This document shows, piece by piece, positions 1 through 13,560 of a stretch of 64,000 nucleotides of DNA. Positions within the stretch are counted from its first letter, which is position 1; every line of letters starts with the position of its first letter. The notes under the pieces are model-generated. The model was not told the origin of the DNA. It did no database searches and saw nothing but the letters and a program-made list of their open reading frames with translations. Made by a program: the position numbers and the translations under genes. Source of the stretch: Diplonema japonicum (Eukaryota; Protista; Euglenozoa: Diplonemea); NCBI GenBank assembly GCA_964019335.1, contig OZ025655.1, forward strand, positions 796,771-860,770. Direction: 5' to 3'.

Positions 1-3000
1 CTTCACTATGGCGTGCAAGGTCGTTTCTTTCATTCAAGACCACTTCGTTTAGCAGTTGATCCCTCAACCCGTCCAATGTCACACCAAAGTTAATGACCAT
101 CGACTTCCCGAAGATCTCAGGTGTGTAGTTGGGGTTCGACAGCTTCGTTGTCATGAACAGCCTGAAGTTGTTGTCGTACTCGATGGACTTGTCGCCTACT
201 CTGATGAGTCTCTGGCCCGATTGGTAGATGAACTTTTTCTCCAAGATGGGGTCCAAGATGGGATCGATGAACTCGTCCACATTCTCGAACAAGAAAGGGT
301 TCCCGTACTGTATCGCGGCCTCCAGGCGTTTTGGGAAGTCTGTGGTCGTGTGTTATGTGTTGTCTTCCATACTTGTCTCCGCGAAGGTGGCTACTTCAAA
401 CTTCGGGCTATTCTCAAACATCCTCTTGATCCACCCGACAGCCTGCTTCTGCGGGTCGATGCACAGGGGGAACGTGGACGCCCTTGTGGCCAAAATGCCG
501 TTCTGAATAGACAGCTCGTCTGATGGCAAACCATCCGCATTCCACTTCGATATCAGGACGTCAGTAGCAAGGAGCTTCACAAGCGTGAATTCCTCGTTCT
601 GTGATGTGTTCTCGTGCTGTGCTTCCGCATACCAATTCGATATCTCGCTCTTTCACATCATTTCTCAGGAACACCATAAGCTTGTCTCTGAAGTCGAAGG
701 TGAAGGCACCAAGGTAGCTCAAAAAGCTCGCGCCAAGCAGACAGTCGCCCACCTGTGTGATATATATGTGTTGTGCAAGAAAATTATACCAGCTTCTTCC
801 TTGACTTCCCCAGCTGATCGAAATCGTCTGTCCAACGCTGCCTCTCCGACGCCAGTCCTCCGATCAGCCTCTTCGCATTGTTGAGTCGCTTTTGCATGAT
901 CCGCGCATCATCTTCCAATCGCTTGGCCTCTGACTGTCCCCTCTCCAGTCTTTCTGTGAGCATTTCTTTCATATCGTTGAGCGCCCTCACTTCTGCCCTC
1001 AGGTACTCCAGCTCCTTCTCAAGCTGTGCTAGATTCTTCTCCAAACGCTGCACCAACATTTTCTTGGGTTCGACCTTCTTCGCAACTGAGTAGTAGGCCA
1101 CCAGAGCCATCACCCACCCGTACAACCCAGCAGCCGCAATTGATGCTGCCTGGATTGACTGGTCATTGAGGTCCTTGTTCCTGGACCTGATAGCGTTCAC
1201 AGCCGTGATTCTCTTCTCCGTCAAAGAGTCTTTCGGGAACTTCTTCAGCTTCTCTGTTACGAAGTTGGGGTTTGTAAGGTCAGCTTTGCAGTTGCCCCAC
1301 GACGCCGTCTTGCCTTGCATCACACAGTACATCTCAGCAACAGCCACGATCTTTTCGGAAGGCTTCGCAAAGGTACGTAGCTCGTCCATGTCCTTCTTCT
1401 GAATCTTGTCGAGTTCTTTCTCGGCCGCCATGACAGCAGGCATGGCCTCTTCGAGCACTTCTTCTGCTTCCTTCATGTTTTGCATAACATTAACCTTCGT
1501 TTCTGCCACCTCCTTCTCTCTTGTTGTCGCGCGCTCTGACTTCTCTTCAGCATCAGCCTGCTTCTTGGAAAGGTCAAGCACGAGTTCGTCATTGGCGCGC
1601 TTCATCTCATCCAAGTGCACTTGCTGCTCGGACATTTTAATCTGCATCTCCACCACCGTCTCTGCTGCGTCCTTCAGCTTGTCAAGACCTGTCCGCAGCT
1701 TGCCTCGCAGCTCGTCGATGCGGGTCCTGTTCTCATCGAGAAGCGACGTGTAGTTGGAGATGTAATCAAGGAAGTTCTTCGGTGTCACATAGTGCATTCT
1801 CTTCATGGAATCCTTGTAAACACCGCACTGCTCGTCGCAGCTGAGGTGCGTGAAGACCATGTGGTCCACGACAAGATCCTTCAAGTACTGCGGGAAGGAG
1901 TCGTCAGCCTGCTCGATTTTCTTCTCCCCAATCTCACGAGCGGCGGCTTTCTCTTTCTCAACTTGCTTGCGCTTGTCATAGTCTTCCAGGTACCGGTGGC
2001 TCACAGCCTTCAGTGCCTGATCCGGCCACTTGGTGAACCAATCAATGACAGTGTTGTTCACAAGGGCTGGGAAATTCCTGCAACGCGTCCTGAGCTTATC
2101 GCCACTGGGACTCATCGAGAGCACAATGTGCAGATTGTCGCGGCAACGGGAAACAAAAGTGTTCCACTTGTTCTCCTTTGTGGGTATCATGCCCAAAGCT
2201 TCCACTTCAGCAATCACTGCATTGCAGCAAGTTTCCTTCTCGTCGTCTGCGAACAGCGCTGGCACCATCCCAGAGGCGAGCATGTTGTTCACGGCCTCCA
2301 GGAAGCTCTCCATCACCACGTGGCTGTCCGTAAATAGGAAGACCACCTTCGAACCGCCGCCCTCAACGCCAGCAATGCGGTATAAATCTTTAAGGTTCTC
2401 ACGGAAAGAGTCCTCGTTGTAACCTCTGGAGATTGTTATCTCGAACACTGTGGGAATACCCGCTGCGTGTGTCCCAAGGTGTGTCAACGACTGCTTTCCC
2501 GACCCGCCCACCCCAACGAGCAGAGCGTTCCCCCTCGGCAGCGTGAGGATCCTAACTATCCTGACTAGGTGGTCGATGGCCATGTCGAACATCACTAGCG
2601 ACATCTTCATGGACGGCGTGTTGTACTCGTCAAGGATGAGCTCTGCGAGGCTGCGAACTGCATCGAAGTTGCCCATGTCGTCGTACAGGCAGAGCCTCTC
2701 GTCAGATTCGAAATCGGCGAAGTCCCCGAAAAGGATGGGGTCGGCTAAAATGGATTCTTCATCTCCTGTGCAGTGCTCGCCTACGAGCTTTTTAAGTTTC
2801 GAGACAACAATAAGCTTGTCGTCAATGTCAGGCATCCGATCATGAAAGACCCTCAGCACCTCGTTGCGCCACAATCTCATTAGCTGCGCGACTGTCTCGA
2901 ACCTATCTGGCGTGGTCCTGCACAGCCCTTCGTACACCCTCGAGAGGTCGCGCAAGTTGAAAATATAATGGAACTTGGCAGGTGTGGGCGGAAGTTTTTC

Positions 3001-6000
3001 GCACAGCAGGTTGTACACGCTCATAGTCATCTGACACAGCTTGGGGATCTGTGCTTGCAGAGCTGCCGCGTTGGGCCCTTCGAAGGAGGTGAGATGCGTT
3101 TTGAGGATTTCGTTGTAGATCGTCTCCAGCGACTCAGTGGCGGGGAATGGGATGTTGAAGCATGCGAAGAGGGATATGAACCTTGGGTCCAAGGCGTTAC
3201 GGCCACCCCCAGGCGGGGCCATTGCGGCCACGTACTCCACGTCACGGATGTTTTTCCACATAAGGTCTTTTCTGTCGTACCAGCCACCCATCTCAATAAG
3301 CAGCTTGAGGAACGTGATGGGTTGCATTGTGCCATAAGTGTCCACCACAGGCATGTTGATATCGTCAATGAACACAACGAGCTTCTTCCCAGGCGGGGCC
3401 CCCAAGATGGTTGCTGTTCTTTTCTCGACGTTGTCCTCCAGCGTGCGCTGCACGTCAACACTCATTGTTCTGCTTGAGAAATTCATCTCCAACACCATCT
3501 CGTCAAGCTTTACTTCGTCTTTGTCCTGCTCCGAGCGGTCTCTTTCTTTAAGGTCACGCAAGTACTTCTGAATTGTCACTGTCTTTGCGGTACCAGAGGC
3601 ACCGATGTAGAGAATAGGTGTCTTGTTGCTGGTCTTCGGGTCGGGGGACTGCTTGTCGATTACTAAGTCAAGGAAGAAGCTGTTACGCACAGTATCTACT
3701 GTGGGAACAAGAATGGAGGAGAACTTTCCATCCTTGGGTGGGACATAGACTGGTATCATGGAAGGGTCCTTCCAAGGAATCCACTTTGCCATCTCGGTGT
3801 TGAAGCAGAATTCGTACAATGTCTTCTTCTCAGGAAGCTGCCCTGCAGACACAGGCTTCAGGTCATCGGACGGTTGGAGGTTCTTCCCCGACTTGCTCTT
3901 CAGAACCTGATCAAACCTTGGGCGGTCGTTCTCAAGGATACACGCGCCAAAACTCCACACGCATGCGAAGATGAAGACACCTTCAAGGGATCGCTGCTCC
4001 AATTGCTGGTCTTGAAGCATGCAAGTGAGCAGCAAGCACAGCTGCTTGACCATGTTGCAGTCGGTCAGAGGTAACGCCATCTTTGGCGTAGGTACAATGT
4101 TGCCATCAATATCAATGCCCTCTAAGACAAACGACTTCAAGGTTCCAATGTACTTATCAAACAGCTCCTTGAGGCTGTCTTGCTCCTCCTTAGATCTGGT
4201 GGACACCCACTTGTGAACATAAGGCTGCCACTGCAAGTTCTGCGGATCTACGTACACCATACCCACACGTGACACGGTGGCAGGAGATGCGTACTGGAGG
4301 TCGCCTACCTCAAAGAGAAGCGAACACATCGGGTTGTTGAGCCTGATACGATCACCGTTGGCCAGTGTCAGCAGCTTGTTATCATCCATTACCGTGTTCA
4401 TGTTCTCAACCCACAAGGCGTCCACGTCCCCGTCGAACACCACATACCGTCTAGAAGACTCGTTCCCTTGCTCCTTTTCTCTCTCCGAGTCTCTATTGAT
4501 GTTACGGAAGATGTTCGAGAAGATCCCGTCTGTCCACGTACGCGTCATGGGGTCGAGCACACCATACAGGCAGCTGATGTGCTGGGCTTTGGCGTTGAGG
4601 ACAAATAGTTTTGTCTGAAGTTTCAAGGCATCCTGGGCTTGCTTCAAGTATTGGATAACAGTGGACTTCCCGCCCGACGTCGGCCCTACAACCATCGTCG
4701 TGTGACGTGTCTGCATGGTCTCGTACAACTGTACCACCTTGTCGATCTGGTTCGACACAATGAGGTCCTTGTTCTGTGTGATGCACTCACGCACAGCTTT
4801 CGCAAGCTTCTCGTTCGGCACTCGTGTTGGGTCAAGCCCAGGGAACAAGTCTCCAATGAGACCAGCAAACAAAGGAACGTCTTCAAACACGAACTTGGGG
4901 GCGTTCATGTCACGCAGTGCCCTCATGAGGACCACGTCTTCGGGAAGAGCTGCGTCACTGCGCTTCAAAGCACCTGCCATCACAAGTACGGCCTTCAAGG
5001 CTCTCAGACCCCAGTCGTAGTGGTACTGCTTTGAGAGTTGCCCCTTTGCCAACTTGTAAAGGGTTACCATCTTTTTGGCTAGACCTCGCGCCTGTTTGAA
5101 GCCTTCCGCGTACAACATGATCTCTGCAATGAGTTCCAAGTTGGGAACCACCATGACCACGGGCCTGAAAAGAGCTTTAAGGTTGTCAGGCAGTTCTACA
5201 CGCCCCGCATAGCCGGGGTTCATTGTGATAAATACGCCGACATTGGGGTCAAGCTCGATCTCCTCAGGAGCGCCTTGGATCTCGCACTTCTTTTGTCCGT
5301 GCTTCAGCGCATCCTGCATCGATCTCAATTGCTCGGAGACAACACTGAGCACCGGCAACTCAATCCTGTTGAACTCGTCGAAGCACCCCCATGCACCACA
5401 CTGCCCAAGACCGCAGAAGATGCCCGCCATCGCTTTGTAATCAAGACCTTCACCGCAGTTAAATACCACGCAGTAGTACGAAAGAGCTTTTGCTAAATCC
5501 TTCACTGATTCCGTCTTTCCCGTACCAGCAGGACCCCCAGGTGCGCCGCCCAAGTGGTAGGATAGCGCTTGAGTGAGAGTCATGAAGCACCTGTCGGTGA
5601 GCGGCGTGATGACCAGCCTTCCATTCAGCCCCATGAACTCGTAACCGTAATTCAACACGGCAGTGCACTGCTGGATTACACAGTTGTCGACGTCCTTCTT
5701 CCAGTAAAATCTCAGTTGGCTTTCCCAAGCGAAGTCCCTTGCGTCTAGGATGGCGTCGCGCACGAACTTGTCCACGATGTCACGCCCGTGCACATCCACG
5801 ATAATTAGCGTATTGATCTTCTTTCGAGTAATAGACGTGAGCTGCTTGTCCATCTCCATCACCATCTCGTCGAGCTGTACACTCAGCTTCACAACTAGCT
5901 CCTTAACTGCGTTCTTCCTCCCTTTTTTCACTTTGATGAACGAGTCTTCCACTTGATACGTCCACCAAATCTGCGACCCTGCCAAACTGCACATCCCCTT

Positions 6001-9000
6001 TGTCTCATCTATCCACTGCAGCCTCGGCTTTTTCGGGTAATGAAAGACGGAGGCCTTAAGTAGCCCTTGCAAGGTGCTCTTCACTTCCGTAAGTACCAGC
6101 GTAAGCCACTTCTCCACAGGAAGACCCTCTGTGTTGATGGCATTGTCGAAGTTAAGCGGTTCTCTCTCTTGGGAAGATGACCCTTCCACAGAGTCACCGC
6201 CTGGCTTGAAGTACAGCACCGCACAGTTCTCAAACATTTTAAGCATGTGCTCTTGGACAGAGCGTGGATTCGAGGAACTGAGGATAGAGAGCAAATCGTC
6301 GTCTGAGATGAAGTAGAACCTGGGGAAAGCCATTCGCTTGGTGTTCAGGTAGTCGGTAAGACCTTTCTGGCATTCGTCAAGTTTGTCAGATATCCATTTA
6401 AGCTCCATCAGCCTGTCCGGTGCGTGGCAGGCTGAATCGACAAGGGGCGACTCCGCAGTGCCCTTCATAATGTTCAGCCACTTCTTGTCAAGGTCGTCAA
6501 ACTTCTTGGCTTCTTTCGGTAACTGTGCAGCAATGTCCTCGCCTCCCACGAAGATCGACTCTAGGTATATCCACTTCTGCTGCACCACAATCCACTCTGC
6601 AATCACGTCGGTCATAGTGTTGAGCTTCCTCTCCCAGAGTCGCACGTCATCCAAAAAGGGCTTCACCCATTTGAAGTTTGCAATGGATTGTAGGTTCATT
6701 GTGTGCTCGTCGATAGCTTCCTGAATATCTTTCGTGTCTGCCAACAGCTTTACGCGCTTCTTTTGAATAAGTTCGAACGAAGTTATCTGCCACGTGTCTC
6801 TGATCGCCTTCAGGGAGTTCTCAATATGCAGCTCTCTGGTCGCACCCGCCACGATTTCATTAATGTCTTCCTCGAACTCAAAGGGGCGCATCTCGATCAG
6901 GGATGCGAGTGTGAAGTTCGCAAAGTCGAACGACTTGCCTGTCACATCCATCAGCTTCTTCCAGTGCCTATCCCGCAAGGCTTCGTTCTTAAGCTGCGTG
7001 AACAAGGGAAGCGACGTGAAGAAGTTGGTAACCACCTCTTTCATGGCAGAATACGGAGGGAGCTCGCCGAACTCTTTGTACTTCTTCTTCAGCTTCTGCA
7101 TCATGGATTCTGTCCCTTTGCGCATGACGTCTATCTGGATATCAGCCCACTGTGTGCCTGACCACCCCATCACAAGCTCCTTCCATTCGCTGTACATCTC
7201 GAACACTTGATTCAGTTGGAACAGCTTTTCTTCCACCTCCTGCAACGCTGGGTAGATCGTGATGTCAAGGGCAAACAGCTTCTCAGACTTCACCAATCCC
7301 TCCCTCTTCTTCTGTTTCTGCAGAAGGTCGATCTTCCATTCGTTGATCAACTCAAGGCCCTTATCCAAATCCAACCCCGAGCGTCCAGGGCCGTTGTTCA
7401 CGAAGTCATCTCTTGCCAATTGAAGCTCTTCTGTGAACTTCTGCACGCTTGCCACAGTAACTTGTCGGAACGTATCCTTGGTGGAGGCTAAGTCCTCGTC
7501 TTTCTTCTTAGCCGTCAGTTTCAAACTTTCCCAATGCGCCCGAAGCCCCATTGCCATATCCCACTCCTCCTGTGGCACCTCGATGTTGTACTGCCTCAGA
7601 GTGCAGTAGCAGTTCTCGATCTCGCGGTACTGAAGTTCGATGTCCATCGACTGCGAGTACATAGTGTCGATGGTAGACAACACCTTCTTCAGGTCGTCGA
7701 TGAGGTCGGGGTTGATGCTCAGCTCCTCTTCGCATTTATTGATACGTGAGCTCAGTTTTTCAAGCTTGGTTCTGAACTGTTCGTTCAGTTGCTTGCCTTC
7801 CATCTGGATCCATGTTCTCGCTTCTCTCTGTATCTCAGCCAGCAGGGGGTTGCAATCCAAACACAGGAAGTCGATGTTGCGTTCTTGAGGGTATTGATCC
7901 AAACCCCTGATCAGTCTTGTGAAATCCGCGAACCGGGCGTCGTATTCTAGCCAAGGGAGGTTCTTGGCACCGAGACGCTCGATGAACTTTTCCTTTGGAA
8001 CATGCCACAGGTCCTTGTACTTCCTCCACGACTGTAAGTGCTTGTGCACGTAGAAGAACGTCTTCTGAATGCCTTGATTCACCTTTGTTTTGAAGGCAAT
8101 GACCTGGCCGCCTTTGTGAATGTCGTTGTAGAAGGTAAACGGCTGGTACTCGCTGTCGTCTGCAGGCCTCGGATGGATTTCACCCTGAGTGCACTCGATA
8201 CATGTGCCGTCCATCCACCGAACGAAGTGTTTCGTAGCCTCAATGATGTTGTTCATGATTTTACCCGTCAGCGTGTGCAGGATTTCCTTCATTTCCGGCG
8301 AAACACCGATCTCACCAGCAACAAGGGAGGCGGTCACTTTGAAGAGGGGCGCAGGTTTGCGGTGCGACTTGTGCTTTTTAGAAGGGTTGATGTTGAGGAA
8401 GGAGAGGAACAGCGACAGAGAGATCATCACCATTCTGTTCAACGCTTTGTAGATCTTCTTCTCCCAGTGGTAGTAGTAAGACTTTAGTGCAGGCGCTTTA
8501 CCAGTGTTTGTATTTGTAACGATCCCTTCAATTTTCCGCAGGAGGGGCGAGATTCTGGCGTACTGTTTTGTTAGCTTCTGTACTTGCTTGTTCCTATAAG
8601 CCTCAAGCGACTCAGCAAGATCATTGAGATCTAACAGGCCCTCTGTACCAGAGGAGCTTAGTTTCTGCGGGTCGACAAGCCACGTGGTCGATATCTGTTG
8701 CACCACTTGCGAGATGTGTGTAGAGTTCTTGTGGATTTCCTTCGATTTGGCGTGAAACTCTCCGATGGCCGCCAGGGCTTTGTTGATGTACTCCTTGATC
8801 CCGAGCGAGTTCCAGTTGAGGGTCTTCCACCCGGGCTCGATGGCACACTCGAGTTGAGCAATGTGGTCCCCTAGAATAGCCCTTTCAGGAGCCTCCACCA
8901 CGGCAAGTGTCTCGTGGTACTTTGCGAGCATGGACTTCAGATTCTCGACAAAATCGTGGTACTTCTCGTCAAGCAAAGTGACCCTGAGGGCAATACCGGG

Positions 9001-11463
9001 CACATCGTACCCCAGTCTATCTAAGTACTTCGCCTCTTGGATAATTTGGAATAAATTGTTGTCGAAGTTTACGGCGTAGGCAGTCTCACCATCGCACTTC
9101 TCGACACTGAGGATGTTTGCCTTCAAGTAGTCAATGGTGTGCGTGTTGACATCGAGCTTCCACTTGTCGTACAAGTTGACGGCGTACTCCTTCATCATCT
9201 TCGCCACGCCCACGTACGTCTTCCGCACATCCTTGCCTCGAGATGTTGCGAGGATGGAGTCTTCTGCTTCGAGAAACTTCTTAATGGGACCCTTGATGCG
9301 CTGGAACAGCGACTCAGACCAATGGATGGCCCCCGCCACTGGCGGTTGGTTCTTCGTGAGGGGTGGTGCATTGCAGTTGTCTTTGAAGATTTGTTCCACG
9401 TCCTTCACTTCGTCTTTGTACCGGTCAAGGATCCCTTCGCTCTTCTTGAGGAGTAAATTGTTCAAGTTCCAATCGCTATCGGTGCCACCTCCAGGGGGGA
9501 GTGTCTTGAAAGACTGCAGCAGCTCAAAAGCTGCTTCCGAACTGCGCAGCTGCTTAAATGAGCTTTCAATAAATTGCCGTGTGTGGGCGTTCATTTGATC
9601 CACTTGACGCTTGAACTTTTCGAACTGCGCCGACCAACTAGGCTGCGCACGCTCATCGAAAATGTCGAAAGCCACCGTCTCGATAGGCTTCTTGAGATCC
9701 TCGACTCTCTTCATGACTTGGTCAATGCCCACTGTGTCCTTTGTGACCGCCTTCAGTTGGCTACCTAGGACGGTATGGTAGTACTCCAGTGTTGTCACTA
9801 TCTCAAGCAGCTCCACGCACCTCACTGCCATGTAGTCGGTGGTTCCGAATAACCTCTTCTTGTCAAACTCCCAACGTGCATCTCGCTCAGTCTGCTCGAT
9901 GTCCTGCCTGGTTTTCTGGTAACTTTTCTTCCATTGCTCTAGCACAGCTTGTCCCTCGACAATCTTCCGTTTCGCATCTTCAAAGCCTTGACCGTCCTGT
10001 TGTTTTTTTTTGTTTGTTTTGTTTTTTTAAACTTGTGTTTATATGTATACCCTTCCGCAGGACAGGATGGAGGGCTGCCCGGGGGTGCTTTTTACGTTGA
10101 TATGCCTGCTCACTTTTTCGGTGATGGTGTTAGCAATCTTTTCCAGCAGACGCATCATTTTCTCGTCGGTGTTGTAGTAGCGCGAGATGGTCCAAACCTG
10201 TTTGTTGTTCTGTTGTGCCTTACAGCAACATACCATTCGTATGGCGGTCATCATGGACGGCAGAGTGTCGATAATGGGTTGCAAAGAGTTGCCTGGCTGG
10301 ACGTTCGTGACAGCACGAAAGTGTCGCTCCAAAGTAGAAAGGAACTTGACGTTGTCCTTAGCCTCATGGTACATCTTCGCCAGTGCGTTGTAGGATATCT
10401 CGAAGTTGGGGTACGAAGTTCCGACGTCTGACTCTTTAAGCACCTTGAGCATAGTCTTCACGTGGGGCAGGTTAAGCTGTTCGTAGATTGCACTCAGCAC
10501 TGCGTACTTGTCTTTCCAGAAATCGATTTCACTCAGAGGGTTCTTCCCTGTCGCCGAATCGTTCTGTTGCTGCGCCTCGATCACAACAGTGATGTGTGAG
10601 TTCCATTTCAAAACATGTTCATCGATTTCCTGCAGCAGGTCGTCGTTGTCCTGCGCCTGCTTAATGTCTTGCTCGGTGTCCCCTATGTGAATGTGCGTGG
10701 GGATGTTCAGCTTCCTGTCGCCTGATATCTGATGGATCACTGTAGTGATGTTCTGTGCCAGCCGCTGCACCGACGACTTCACATCCTCCTGGAGTTGTAT
10801 TTGTAGCTGTGTCATCTTTTCAGATTCCAGCACCTCGCCAGGGCCCGGTGCACGGTACGTTGTCGTCTCTATTTCGTTTTCTGGTGAACTTGCTTCCCCG
10901 TCTTCGAGCTTGGGCTGTGCCTCGGGTGACAGCGTTGCGTCGCCCTCAGCTGCCTGGTTAGGTCTCGGGCCAGTATTGTCGATTGATGGCAAGTATACCG
11001 ACATGATCAGCTCCTTCACTGTCTGCAGTCTGGGGCAGTCCATTACCCCGTACTCGATCCCCTTCTCCATGGGATTGCCAGGGATGTCTATCTGACCCTC
11101 CATCTGTGCCCGCGTGATGGCTTCGGGTGCTGCCTTGATAAAGTACATGCACATCATGTTCTCGTTCAACGCCAACTCAGGAGGCAAGTGGTCAATCGCG
11201 ATGCAGAGCTTTCCGCCCTTTTTGTTCCTCCGAAGCTCGTCTTCGTCATAACCATCATCATAGCCGTCATCAAGCCTATCGCTGCCCTCGACGTAGAACA
11301 GGCACACGGAACACCTGTTCTCCTGATTTCCATCTGTCTCACAAAAGGTGCACAGCAAGTCCTCGTTATCACTTCTCGCCATGCAATCTGTTATGGCTGC
11401 CTGTTCCACTTTGCGTAGCCCCCATCGTGCTCTTTGTGACAGCCATTCTAATCTTGGATCCAT
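1..11463 (-). CDS. DNAH10: Axonemal dynein heavy chain, DNAH10 (inner-arm I1/f alpha)-like; multi-exon, 3' end runs off the window
   Basis: ORFs 10039-11568, 784-9945, 561-752 and 353-580 join in frame through GT-AG introns at 10198-10233, 9997-10050, 753-789, 599-632 and 340-372. DHC_N1 segment [19 protein letters not shown]-loops [24 protein letters not shown] and GVGGSGKQ, stalk coiled coil. Start MDPRLEW inferred. Paralogue assignment is from motif recall only. Confidence 0.9.
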
Positions 11464-11554
11464 TTGCCACCTCCCCAAGGAAGTGGTCCTGTATTGAGTT
11501 TGCAGAGGAACAATAAATAGAAAGATCATAATAAAACAGACTGGTGTAAATGTC

Positions 11555-11908
11555 TTACTCTTTTTCAAGGCTCTCGAGGGCAGCTTTCAGGCGTGCAAGC
11601 TTCGAAGGCTCCGAAAAGCTGCCTTTTTCATTCCTTAAGAGCGCCGTGTTCACATGTCGCTGGAGGTACAAAATGGAAAGCTTGACATCAGCGATAGTAT
11701 CGTCGAGGTGCGGGTGGCACCAATCCCTTATGGCGACGGCTTTCAATGCCAGCTGCTGTTTCATCCGCAAGAGCCCCAGAAGGTGCTCCCGTGTTGCTGC
11801 TCGGCACAGCTTGTATTTCTCCTCCATCATTATTGCTATTTGCAGCTCGCGCTCGCCAGCAGAACACGATGCCGCACTCCGCATGTGAATCTCATCCAAA
11901 TCAAGCAT
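11555..11908 (-). CDS. Hypothetical protein (possibly with an upstream exon)
   Basis: ORF MLDLDEIH... begins right after a pyrimidine tract plus CAG, on the same strand as the cluster. No recognisable domain. Confidence 0.4.
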   Translation of the reverse strand: MLDLDEIHMRSAASCSAGERELQIAIMMEEKYKLCRAATREHLLGLLRMKQQLALKAVAIRDWCHPHLDDTIADVKLSILYLQRHVNTALLRNEKGSFSEPSKLARLKAALESLEKE

Positions 11909-12184
11909 CTGGAATGGGTTAAAAAGAAAAGCGAGAAACAAAACAAACAACAAAAAGGGCAATACATCAAAAAGAAAAGGAATTACGTCGCAACTTTCTT
12001 GTTGTATGAAAGCACAAGGCTCTCTGTTGCTTGACTTCGCTGTCGCAAGGCTCAGTAGCTTATACTGCTAACTTAACTGCGCCAGGAAGCATACAAGTGG
12101 AAAATGAACAGCCGTTGCGTAAACTGACTGCCCATAACGTCTAGGAGTTAAAAATAGTTAGGCAAGCATAAGACTGTTAACATC

Positions 12185-13345
12185 TTATTCCTCACGAGGG
12201 CGCTTCCTTCTGCACTGCACCGCTTTTGCGAGCGAAACAAGAACATCCTGTTGTTAGTGTCGGCACTGCGTGTTTTAGCATACCTTCGTCGCTGCAAGGT
12301 CCAAGCACTCATCGGTGATGGACTTCCCGTAGACAAGACCCTTCTTGCCCTCTGGACCCAGCTTCTGGTTCCCCGCCACGATATGAGACTCGATCATGAC
12401 CCCTGCGATTCCACGGGACCCCGAAGAAATCTGCGCAGCAATATCTTTCGCCACAATGGGCTGGTTCTTGTACTGCTTCTTAGAGTTCCCGTGAGAGCAG
12501 TCGATGATAACCTTCTGTGTCGTAACACCCCTTTTCTTCAAGTTCTTAATAACTTCGGTCACATCTTCAGCGGCATAATTTGTTCCACTCGCACTGCCTC
12601 TCAGGATCACTGTGCAGTAGGGGTTTCCGTTAGTGTGCACAATGGCGGCAAGCCCTTGCTTTGTCACGGACAAGAAGGAGTGCGGGTGTTTAGCTGCCTG
12701 CACAGCATCACACGCGATACTAATGTCGCCTTGTGTGCTGTTCTTGAAGCCCACAGGCATGGATAGGCCACTCGACAGCTCCCTGTGGACCTGCGACTCT
12801 GTGGTCCTCGCCCCGATTGCACCCCAACTAACGAAGTCAGCAAAGAACTGCGGGGAGATGGTGTCCAGGAATTCGCAACCGCAGGGCAGCCCTATCTCGT
12901 TGACCTCTGCGAGGAACTCCCTAGCGGACCTGAGGCCCTTGTTGATCTTGAAGGTACCGTCCAAGTCGGGGTCGTTGATGAGACCTTTCCACCCGACCGT
13001 GGTTCGGGGCTTCTCGAAGTAGACTCTCATCACAACCACAAGATCGTTGCTGAGCTCATCAGCGATAACTTTCAACTTCTGTGCGTACTCTTTCCCCGCT
13101 TCGATGTCGTGGATGGAACAGGGGCCCACAATCACAATGAGTCTGTCATCGGTACCCTTGATACAGTTCGTGACATCAACACGGCCCTTAACTACTGTGG
13201 CAGAGGCTGTTTCCGTAAGAGGCAGCTCGTCGAGCAGGATGCTGGGGGGGAGCAAGGGTTGCAACTTTTTAATTCGCAGGTCATCCACTGACTGCAGCTC
13301 GTCCAGTGACATCGTGGACTCCTGACGGGGGGCTTTCGCGGCCAT
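12185..13345 (-). CDS. 3-deoxy-D-arabino-heptulosonate 7-phosphate synthase, class I-alpha (AroF/G/H, ARO3/4 type)
   Basis: Motifs VGPCSIHD, RVYFEKPRTTVGWKGLINDP, IGARTTESQVHRE, DCSHGNS, GVMIESH, YGKSITD. A 36-nt intron at 12248-12283 leads to the last exon DVLVSLAKAVQCRRKRPREE*. Confidence 0.95.
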
Positions 13346-13560
13346 TTTGTGTTTCTAAACCTGTTGCGTCTGATAGCACCCGGGGAAAACAATTAAATAA
13401 GGTACCGTACACTTAGTAACCAAAGTTAGACTATAAACCATTTTGTTGCAAAGTAATCAGGGGCAAGGAAAAAGAAACAAGAAAAAAGGGGGAAGGAGGA
13501 AACATAAGAATGAAAAAAAGGAAGCCGATTGTTTGAAACAGGAATAACAAGAATAATTAA

